Source: Octopus sinensis
Lineage: Eukaryota
Assembly: GCF_006345805.1 (NCBI RefSeq)
Contig: NC_043006.1
Location: 30,752,001 to 30,816,000, forward strand
DNA length: 64,000 nucleotides
Direction: 5' to 3'
Part shown: positions 27,117 to 39,100 of the stretch, piece after piece
Numbering within the stretch: position 1 is the stretch's first letter
Layout: each line of letters starts with the position of its first letter
Made by a program: the position numbers and the translations under genes
The notes under the pieces: model-generated
What the model saw: only the letters and a program-made list of their open reading frames with translations
Told to the model about the DNA's origin: nothing
Databases searched by the model: none

Positions 27117-30100
27117 TACACACTTGATGAACATTTCTAAAGAAGTTTGTAAGAAGAATGCAAATGTCAGTGTGTAGAAGTTATATATATTCTAGATGTT
27201 GCAACAGTTTGCTATTTCGCATGTTCTATTTAGACTGGTGCCCTCATCTTGGTTGTTATGGTGATTTATAGAACATTTGGGCCATTCTGTCCTCCACTTT
27301 TACTCTGATATCTCCCACATTCAGTAATGTTCTTGGCATTTCAAACCAAGTGAATCAACAGGCACCTGGAGAACGCCTATAAGGAAATTAGTTTGGATAT
27401 TATATCAATATAGAATAATGATAATAATAATTCTTTATCTCAGAAATTCAAATAAAAGTTGACAGTCTGCTGTATCATTGTCATCGTCATCATCATCCTA
27501 ATTTAATGTCTTCCAGTAGATCATGTTGTATGTCTTATATTTTGTTGTGGGTGCATTTTGATTGTAGAAAAATATTATAGAGAGTGGAATATTATCAAGT
27601 TGATGTGAAACCATTGACCAAAGGGTTCATGGTTCCAAACTATTCCTAGAACCTACATTATGGGAAAGATTGTTTGCTCAGAATTGTTCTGTATCTATAC
27701 TGTAATAATGGACAAATGTGGAACTGAATTTAACCTCTAATTAGTGTCATATAGTGAACAGCTTTCTAGATTCTTAGCTAAGATTTGAAACCCAATCTAG
27801 ATTTTTCTAAGAGTTCTTTTCCTTTCCTTCTTGACATTAGCACTTAGAAATTGATGAGGGTCAACTGTCATAGTTAAGTTCTATTAAGTTAACATTCTTA
27901 TGTTGGATACAATTCAACAGAGATAAGCCCATTTACTTCCAACATGTATAAATACAGTACCCAAACTCAATTCTATCTTTTTCACCTGCTTCGCCTGGCG
28001 CTTACCCATAGGAGCACTTCAGTAATGACTCATCACTGTAGAATTACACAACTTCCACCTTCTCTATTTGTCAACCCAGAGAGGTAAATTCTTTTACTCT
28101 TTCTCTCTCTTTCTTCCATTCTTTCACCTAGAAGTTAACAAAAGATTAGCTTTACCTACAAAATGGATAACAGAACTGCAAATAACCTTTGTACAACAAC
28201 TTGAAGAAGTTGCTTCTTACATTGTAACAATAAAATAAAGGCCATTTGAATTATTATTTTTCACCCTCCTCATTTATTTGGTACATATAAACCATTGTAT
28301 GTGGGTGTGCCTACTACCCCATCAGGGTTGCTTGATTACTCTAAATACATAGTCTTATTTGGTACTTCAAGCATCTACTTACAAACAATATAGTGTGCAG
28401 GTTGAAGGCATTTTTCTAATAAATAGTCCTGTTGTAGTTGGTTATTGCTACAAGTAGTAGTAGTTGTAGTAGTAACTGGTGGTGGTAGTTCCTTTATTAG
28501 GTTGTTGTTTAACCCCAGAGCAGCCTTGCTCCAGCACCTATGGTCAAATATATTACAGCATTGACCAATCTCTTCCTTCCTTCCTTCTTCCCAGCATAGT
28601 CTTTCTAGAATTACACAATATTTTTCTTTCTCGCTAGTTAAGCAATCATGTAGAGATAGCTGACTCTCCAATTTCATTTTTCTCAATTGGAACTGCTTTA
28701 CTTAACATGGTTGCTTAATAGCTTTGATAAAAATCAGGAAGATCATGGCGTCTTTCTGTTTTCATTTCCTTATAAAAATTAGGCACCGATCCTGTGGAAG
28801 AACAACAAAAAAAAAGATAGTATGTAGATATGCATACACTCCCTTCCCCTCTAATAACAACATAACTGCTAATTGACAATATTGTCTTGTGTTTTAGTTG
28901 TTTCTAGCCCAGAAGTGTTCTTTGATCGATGAATTAACCAATGCCACTCACCCCATGTACAGGAAATACTGTGATGACAATTCAGCCAACATCTGGCTCT
29001 TCACTTGTTCCATTATCAGGTAACATTATATCATTTTTTTCAATTTCCATCTTTCTTTTGAAAATAAATTTGTATTTCTTAATTGAACACCCATAGTGTT
29101 TCATCAATGACAACCCCCTCTTTATTTTATTTTAGACAATATATCTAAGAGTACATTATCCAATGTACCCTTTTTTTTTTAACATGTGAGTTAATGGAGA
29201 TTTGACTGCTATTTTTATCGTCTTTGTTCATTCTGTGAATGTATTTTCAGTACATCAGATGGACATTGCTCTCACTAATCTTGCATCTTTTGTCACTTTG
29301 ACCATCTCCCTCACTAATTAAATACCTTGTAGCAAGGTACCCGACACACTTATTTTGTGAGTCCAAGGCATGAGGCTGGTTGACCCTTCAGAGCATTGGA
29401 TGAAATGCTTAGTGGCATTTCTTCCAATACTTTACATACTGAGTTCTAATTCCACCAAGATTGACTTTGCCCTTCATCCTTTCAGTGTAACAATATAAGT
29501 AGCAGTTGGGCAAAGAGGTAGGGGTTGGGGAAGCAATGGGATTGACCTACCCCTTCCACTGAAATTGCTACCGTTGTGCCACAACAATTTCACAAGGGCC
29601 TCACTGCTGTGTAATCCTTCACATGAGACTTTGTAAAAAAATCTTTCCGATATTTTTCTTTGATGTCAGGTTGCAGAGCCTCCTTTTATGGTGTCTGGCT
29701 AAAGAGGAGATAACCTCCTCTCCAAAATGCATGCTTCCCACGGCCTGGTTGGGGAATGCTGTGAGCTGACTTGCTGTATTTACACCTATTTATCTACAGC
29801 AAGACATTTTCTCCAAGATAGAATACTGTGAATGACTTCCTTATTGGTTCAAATATACCTCAAACATATTTGAACTGCCAACACATTTCTACTGGTGTTT
29901 ATATACGCAATATTTTGGGTGACACTGGAGATTTGTGCTCTCTTTTAATAAACAATGTTTTATTCTTTGATATGAAGATTCTTTAGCCATTTTATTCCAG
30001 GCCATTCTTCTAGGTTTTGAAAAAGGATATGTTATTTCTTTTCGTTACAGAACTAATTTGGAATTGGAACTTCTAGGCTATGGTGGTCAGTTATTTACCA

Positions 30101-33100
30101 GGGAGTCACCTTCAAGTAAACCTAAAGTTTTCAGTAAGTATATGATGTCTATAATTAATTGGCCTGGATTATCCCAGGGGTGCAAACAGTCACTAACAAT
30201 ATTAACACACTCTAAACTTCATCTTTGACTTATGAAGATTGTTGTTCAACACAGTTATTATTAAGGTGGCAAGCTGGCAGAATCGTTAGCACGCCGGACA
30301 AAATGCTTAGCGGTATTTTGCCCATTGCTACGTTCTGAGTTCAAATTCCACCAAGGTTGACTTTGCCTTTCATCCTCTTGGGGGTTGATGAAATAAGTAC
30401 CAGTTGAGTACTGGGGTTGATATAATCGACTTATCCCCTCCCCCAAAATTTCAGGCCTTGTGCTTTGAGTAGAAAGGATTATTATTATTATTATGGTAGA
30501 ATTGTAGCACGCTGGGCGAAATGGTTAGCGGTATTTCATCTGCTGCTACATTCTGAGTTCAAATTCTGCTTAGCAGCATTTTGTCTGTCTTGATGTTCTG
30601 AGTTCAAATTCCACCAAAGTTGACTTTGTCTTTCATCCTTCGGGATTGATAGATTAAGTACCAGTGAAACACTGGGGGTGGATGTAATTGACTTATCCCC
30701 TCACCCAAAATTGCTACCCTTGTGGCAAAATTTGAAACCACCACCATCACCATCATCATCATCAAGGCAAAGCAGCAAGCTGGCAGAATTGTTAGTTGAC
30801 CAGGCAAAAGGTTTAGCAACATTTCTTCCGTCTTGATGTTCCGAGTTCAAATTCCACCAAGGTTGACTTTGCTCTTCATCTCTTCCAGGTTTGATGAAAT
30901 AAGTACCAGTTCAGTAATGAAGTCAATATAATCAGCTAGCTCCCTTCTCCCAAATTTCAGCCCTTGTGCCTTTAGTAAAAAAGATTATTATTATTTGTTT
31001 TTGTTTTTTTTCAGTGCCACTTTTCCGTATGTTGAGTTATTCCTGCAAAACCTTACCTCCAGTGCCCCAGACTGATCTTTGGAAATTAATTACAGGTGTG
31101 GCTGTGATAGGAGATAGTAGCTCTTCGTAAGTTTGCTTTCTGTTTCCCAGTTAAGATTTTACTAATTAAAAGAAATGTGTTTTAACCCTTTCGTTACTAT
31201 ATTTCTGACCAAAATACACCCCTTATGTGTTTCAATTAATTTCTAACATAATCATAAATTTAGTCTAGTTTCATTAAATAACTATAACTTTTTTATTTTT
31301 CAACATATTAACATGAATTTTGGAAGATAATTTAATGAAATGTTCTCAACCAATTCTATACTATAATTTTTGTCACAAAGTGACTCTAATTGCAGGTAGA
31401 TACAGGTAAATTCAACAAAATATAAAATTATTAAAATTTTGTTCAAACATCGCTATAGAAAATGGGTTATTAGCTAATATTCAATTGGGTATACAACAAA
31501 ATTTTACGATAGAATTTGTTATTTTGGGTAACTTTCTGATACCCATAATAATATTTATGGCAAAATAAGCCTTAATTTCATTGAAGGTTGTGGGAAACCA
31601 CAAAGTATCCTTTCTTTCGTTTTGTTTACATTTAGCGTAACGGTTCATTTCCGCCGTAATGATTTCAAATAGGCTCATTCGAAAAAGTAAAAAGAAATAG
31701 TCTAAGGCTTTACTCTTCTGGGAAAGTCTGTGGCTTGGTCCAGTTTCTTCAGAAAAATCACCGAAAGAAACAGTTTTTAAATTTTCACTCCATTCAGGTG
31801 CCAATTCATTTTCTTTATTGCTGTCAGAGCTCTCGGATTCACTGTTTTCACTTTCGGAAAATGAAACATCAGATTCATTATCAAATACCACATGCTTTTT
31901 TTTTTCAGTCATAGAGTTAGATTTATGAAGGTCTTCAGTAGAAAATCCTTCGAATTCTGACTTGCTGCTTTATATAATGAAATTCGTATCCATTTTTTGT
32001 CAGAATTACAAATTTTGAAAACACAATAGGAACAAATTTCGGAAAAAAATCTCCCAAAATTCACGGAATTAAAATTACACTTCGATTTTTGTACAAAACT
32101 GTAGTTGAACTGTTTACGAAGTATAATACGTATTTTCACGAATGTACTAAAGAGATTTGCTCTGATATTCTCATTTAAATATGAATAGGTAAATTCGGGC
32201 AGCTTTGGGCGGTTTGGTCACATTAACCAAAATTTTTTTCGGGCGGTTTGGTAACGAAAGGGTTAAGAGAAGAGTTGGGTGTAAGAGGCATCAGATGTAT
32301 TGTGCAAGAGAGAAGACTGTACTAGTATAGTCATGTGATGCATATAGACAATGACAGCTGTGTAAAGAGGTAGACTCAGGAATGATGGGGTGAAATATGA
32401 TCTTTGGATGTGGAACTTCATGGAGGTAATGACCAGTGACTCAAGACTTCTGGCAATTTACTGTGCTGCTTGAGAAGACATGTCGAGCTAAGAGAATTGT
32501 GGTCATGGCCACAGCCAGTGGCATGTAAATGGCACCCATGCCAGTGACACATAGAAGGCACCTGTGCCAGTGATACATAGAAGGCACCCAGTACACTCTG
32601 TAAAATAGGGAAGGGCATCCAGCTATAGTAATCAAGCCAAAACAGGTGACTGGAGCCCAGTACTGGTTTCCAGTTGATCAGCTCCAGCCAAACCGTCTGA
32701 CCCAAGCCACCATGGGAAACGGATGTTAAATAATAATGAGATGAAGTTAAGAAACATTATATTTGAAATCTCTTTCTTTTCACTCAGGTAAAACAATAGT
32801 TAAACCAAAGTGAACAATTCTTTTCCAACATTTGTTGAGGAATCTGAGAAAATCTATGATTTAGTGTTTCCTCTCTGCCGTAAAAACCATTCTGCAAGGT
32901 CTTAGTAAAATCGCAGTGTTTGGATGTAATGGCTTCCCTCTATCTTCCACTTGGAAGAAATAACTCCAGTTGATGACAACAGTTGTTTCGATTGCTGACT
33001 ATGATGATAACAGCAACAAGACTACTCACACACACACACACAATAGGCTTCTTTCATTTTCTGTCTATCAAATCCACTTCACAAGGCCTGAAGCCATAGT

Positions 33101-36100
33101 AGCAAACACTTATCCAAGGTACCATACGTTTGTTTTTCCAGGAGATTTTATGGTCAGTTACTCTTCCTGACACCAACCATTTTAGTTGGCTCTTATAACA
33201 AGCTCTTGTTTGGTAGATCTGTTCTAGAAACCAGGAAATACATCATGTGTATGTAACTGGTGCATCAAACAAAAATGCCTTGTGGTATTTCAGTCTTGTT
33301 TACATCCCTTTGCACTAAAGATGGACCTAGCCATTTGATAAGTTGTTCAATAAAACTAGTCTCAGAGTAAGCATTGGGCTTGGAATATTCAACTAAAGTC
33401 TTTGAATTTGGTGCTCAGTATGTCTGCTGTCCATTGACTGAGGTTAGTAAAAGTAAGTGCATAAACATATTAACTAGACGACAGATAGATTTGAAATGGA
33501 TATGGAGGAGAGAGAGCATGCAGCTGATGTCGTGAATGGTGATAAAAAGACTTTGAGACTAATAATAATGAAGTGAAATTGAACCAGTGTGTTTATTGTT
33601 GGCATAATGATCCACCCAAGACACCACAGTATATAATGCTACAAAGAAAAGTCTTTAAAATCTCTTCTGATCGTTTATTTCAGATTTTCAAGTGTTCCTG
33701 GTCAAGTGCCTATTTTGCTGAGAGACCCTGTGGCTCTGCTTTTGAATTTCTTACTTCAGTTGCCAGAAGTCAGTAAACGTAAGTTAAACACCAACTCTTT
33801 CTCCTTTATGTGTTGTATGTGTGAAAACATATTATTCCTAAGGCAGCGAGCTGGCAGAAACGGTAGCATAGCAGATAAGACGCTTTGTGTTCATTTTGTC
33901 TGTTTTTACATTCTGAGTTCAAATTCTGCCAATGTTGGCCTTGCCTTTCATCCTGTCAAGGTTAATTAAGTACCAGTTGTGCACTGGGGTTGATGTAATC
34001 GACTTAATTCCTTCTCTCAAATTTGAGGCCTTGTGCCTTTATTAGAAAGGATTATTATTATTATTATTTATTGCCTTTGCACAGCTTCTAACGCTGGAGA
34101 TGTACTACGGTGTCTGCTGTTCACTACCCGTGAACTAAGGTAACACCCCTTATTTTTCGAGCCCCATCCGGAGTATTTGAGTGGTTCCAAGCAGTGTCAT
34201 TTACTGCAAGTGCTCTACCCTTATTGCAGATTTATACTCACTGTTCCCAGGGCTCTGACAATTATTGATACTACTACCACCTTTTTCATCAACCATAGCT
34301 GCTTAACCTCCCAAGCTAACCTGTCATATCTATCGACTATTATCATTATTATTCCTATAATGAATTCTTTCTCAACTCAATTTTTTGTTAAAATATGACC
34401 AGTCATACTTTTTTGATTTTTAAGCTTTTTCTAGAATTTCCTTGTTAATGCAGAACCTTTTGTTTCATTTGCAGAGCATTTCAGTTATGTGGTGAACTCT
34501 CTGTATAACATGGCCTATATCCAAGCGATGGTGGTGACCAGCCTGAAGTTGACTTCTAATGAAAGAGTAGCTTGGTGTAAAAAACGCATGAGTGTAAGTA
34601 TTCACTCACACCATTCTCAACTCAGTTCTCTCTTTTGGTTTGTTTACTCACGTTGTCCTTGACATTTAAATTGGCCAGATGCAGCCCAAATATTCTATTT
34701 GACGTTCAAGCTGACCAGATCTAGCCCCTCACACCTACCCTGCAATGTTGTTAAAATGTACAGAAAATAGACTCCATCAGCTGCCATGGGGGTAAGCTAG
34801 AGGTAGTAGATAGCTTCTGTTACCTAGGTGATCAAGTTAGTAGCAGAGGTGGACGCTGCAAGAGCATAACTGTGAGGAATTTAGAAATAATGTTTATTTA
34901 CAAAAATACTTGGAGAAATTTTGATGGAGTTTCTCTCTTTCTATCCCCACCCCCTTTGGTCTTGTTTGCCTTAAATAAAGAGTGACAGACATAGAATTGA
35001 GAAGAGTCTCTAGTCTTGTAGAAGACTTAGCAACCCTGTCTGATCCTGGGGACACAATGAATGGAAGCTCATACATTCTGTATTAGAAAGGGTATCCAGC
35101 TATAGAAACCATGAAATGTCATCCTCTGACCATTCTAGGAGGTCAGTAACTCCCTATAAACTCAGACCAAGAGGACCCACAGTGAACCATTGTCCACATC
35201 AAAGGTGGACATAAAATGATGATAAGGAGGAGGAGGATAAGAACACTAAAGTGACCAATGCCAGGAAAATGAATGCTTTTGTAAATATGACTCTTCTGTT
35301 CTTTGGACACAACAAAAAATATAGAAAATCTGAACAACTTTGTTGAGTCTTGCTAGTGTTTTGACATTTTTATAAACACTATCTCAGTTTGAAGTCCAGA
35401 GTTTATTGTTGTTTAATACCAGATTCCTGACTGAATACACTTATGACCAGAGACCTCCAACCATGACCATCCCATCTTTTTCTTGGTCACTGTGTATCTA
35501 GGGCTACTTTATCCTATGTATCCTTCCCCTTTCAAAACTGTAACTTGGAGATTTGGTTGCTGTTTTTAGCAGACATAAAAAGACTGGCTCCCTCATTGGG
35601 TTCTCCCTTGTTTGCTGGCTCCCCCATTTGTTGGCTTCTTCATTGGGTTTTCCCTCATTTGCTGGCTCCTCCACTAGCTGGTTCTCTCATTTGCTGGCTC
35701 CCCCATTGGCTGGCTCATTCTTGTCTGCACATTATCCTTCTTTGTCTTCATTGTTGATTTAAATGTTTGTAGGATTCCTTGCAAGAAGTCAGTGGAATGA
35801 TGAGTCATGTCATTACACGACTGCAACTCAGTCAACTGTACGATGAGAAAGATCAGCAACTTGGGTGTGTAAGTATCTGTTTGACAACTTGTTTGTTTTT
35901 AACATATCTGAGCAGTCTTCAGTGAAACTGTTTTTTGAGAAAATGAAGTATTGAAATATACATCAAGAGAAAAGTTTGTTTGTAGTATAATTGTGATGTG
36001 GTGTTGAGGGAGTGATCTGGTTAAGTGTTGTTGTGAGATGTTAAAAGAAAGCAGAAAAGAATCATCATCATCGTTTAACATCTGCCTTCCATGCTGGCAT

Positions 36101-39100
36101 GGGTGGGACGGTTTGGCAGGAGCCAGTCAGGCAGAAGCCTGCACCCGTCTCCTGTGATTGTTTTGGCAGGATTTTTACAGCTGGATGCGGACTCAGTGCT
36201 TTTTATGTGGCACAAGCACAGGTTAGGTTTTTACAGCTGGATGCCCTTCCAAATGCCAACCAGTGTGGACTGGATGCTTTTTAAGTGGCACCTGCACTGA
36301 CAGGGTCACCAAGTATCTTGCAAAACCAAAAACTCTTTTGAGAGGAGATGTGATCTTGTGTCAGATGAAGAAAAGTTAGAGTGAGGCAGAGAGACAGAAA
36401 CAGGTGTCTTGCCGTAGAAGAGGTACAAGGAGAGAGAGAGAGAATGAAGACAAAAACAGATGTGCCATCACAAAGGAAATACATGGTTACCCAACCTGAA
36501 GGAAGTGCAGGAGTAGGAAAGAGAGAGAGGGTAGGAGACAGCAGGATAGAAATGGTGGCTAAATGCCAGGCATACTCACAAGGGACAGGGATCAGAATAT
36601 AAATGGGATGGTTGAGTAAAGAAAGAGAGAGATATAGATGGTTGCAAGTGCCAGGGCATACCATTGGGGTTTGAACGGCATAATATAAATGGCAGGATAT
36701 TGCAAAGGAAGCATGATTAAAGAGTGCGGAGGTGGGCAGTGATTGGCAAAAACCTTTCCGGGGTGGCTACCGGATAGCAATGATACAGAAGAACAGGTTT
36801 GGGGAGTGAGAAGTAGGCATAATGTATGAAGGAGGAAATGTGAAGAAGAGATGTAGGTGGGTTTGTTGGGGTAGGGTGAGTGAAAAGTTTTCTTGTTCCA
36901 TGTGGGTTGGGGACAGCAATGATACTATGAGGCAGGGCGTGAGTGGGACACACAGGTCAGAAGCTAGCAGAAAGCAATGATACAGTGGCACAGGGCCATG
37001 GATTGGGGAGTGGGAGGTAAGCATAGTGCATGAAGTGGAAATGTGAGGAAGAGAAGAGATCTAATTTGTTTTTTTGTGGTAGAGTATGTGAAATGTTTTC
37101 TTGTTAAAAGCAGAAATATGGGTGAAAATAAATTGAATCCTATTGAATTATCATTGTGGTTTGAGAAAAGTTCAGTCAGTCAATCTTTCTTGTAGATATC
37201 GCAGTGGATCTGGAGTCCAGACAGTATAGAAAATGTTTTACAGTCATATTTGCTTCCTTATTTAAGAATTGCTGCACTCTTACAGCGACATTTATTTGAT
37301 GAAGAATTCCCACAGAAAAAGGTAAGTATTTGATAGAGATTTTGGTAAATATTTTACTCTTTTTTTTATTCAGTTGTAAGCAAAATCTGCTTAATTTCTT
37401 CTCAGGTGTATCATCATCATTGCTTTGTTTCCATGAGTTGGATGCTAACTTCTCTCTCTATTTATCACAGTCCAGTACACATAACAACAAAGAAGGCACC
37501 AATGTTTGTTGCTTCTTCTGGGTACATTTTGGTGTTCCAATGGCACCACGTGTAAAGAATTTCCTTTATTTTCTCTCTCTATCAGTTGGTTATTTATTCA
37601 GAGACATTGCTCTTTTAGGTGTGGCCTGGGGAGTCTACATCACATTTACTTCTTCATTTCTTTTAGTATAGTTTTTAGGAATGCTCGCAATCTGTCCCTG
37701 ACAACTCGGTTCCCCAACTCTTCCTCACTCACTTGACCTTCACACAATATGTCCCTGTTGAACCTCTTCCCCACAACATTTATCCTCCTAATACCCATTT
37801 CTTTCCCTTCTTTTGCATTCTTGTGAACTTTCTCCACTCATTGACCCTCTCCCATCCTTGCTTCCAATTATACACACCTCCCACTCACATCTCTCTCTAG
37901 CTCCTATTGAGGGAGCCATGTATCTCTTTTAATGCAAGACCCCTATTTTAATCCCTCTATTCATACTCTAACTCATCTCCTGGCACTAAACCACCTCCTT
38001 CACAACTGCTCCCTCCTCATTTGAGTGGTCTTACAAATTATTTGTTGGATGCTGCTGGTTCTACAGAGAACCACCCAGTCCACTCTGTAAAGTGGTTGGC
38101 ATTAGGAAGGTCATCCAACCATAGAAACTATGCCAAAGCGGACATTAGAGCTTGGCACATTGTTCTGTGTAGCAGAGCTCCTGTTGAACTATCCAATCCA
38201 TGCCAGCATGGAAAGTGGATGTTAACTGAGAGTGGTGATTATGTATACACTTATATATGTGTATGTATGTATACATGGTAATGTTAAACTGAGATAATTG
38301 TTTAACCCATTGCCTGCCATGAGCCCCATTTGAGGATCTGCTAAAAACCGTCTCACTGCCAGTTGGTCATTTTTATTTGAAGTGAATTGCTTATGTACAT
38401 AGCGTTTGCAGAGGTGTGTTTAACAATATTTAGTAGTTTAAAGTTTGTCGTTATTATCTCTGGCTAATTCTAAAGGACATTTTATGTCATAAATTGCAAT
38501 TTTTGAACTACAAAAATATTGACTGTTTTGAAAACTTTCTTTTTTTGGCATTTCTTATTTATATCATTCCTTGATATTTCATACATATTCGCACTTGATA
38601 CTATAGTTTGAAAAAAATTTAAATGTTTATTATTTTAATTGAATAGAAAAGGAGAAATATGTTTTTTTACAGTGATCCCTATTTGGAACTTTTTGAAAAG
38701 TTTATCATAATTTCCAAAATAATTCACATATGAAGAAAATTTAAATACTATATATTATTTTAACTCCTAAGATACTTGGCAAAGCCAAAAAATATTAATA
38801 ACAAAAATTTGGCAGTTAATGAGTTAAATACAAGTTTAAGAATATGAATGGAACATTTACTGATGACGAGGGACTCGAAATTGAGATTAGCCAAAATTAT
38901 GAAATTTATGGTGATTGGAACTAAAATCTTTGGATTTTATGATATGTACTAAAAGCTGCTATGTTTAAATATTTTTTTCTGTTTCAGTATCCATCTGAAT
39001 TTACCTACCTCTGCCACTACCTCATGTTAGGTGGAAAGTCTTGTGATAGCCAGCCAAGCGCATCTGTTGATACTCAATCAGGATTATCTATTCCTCGCAA

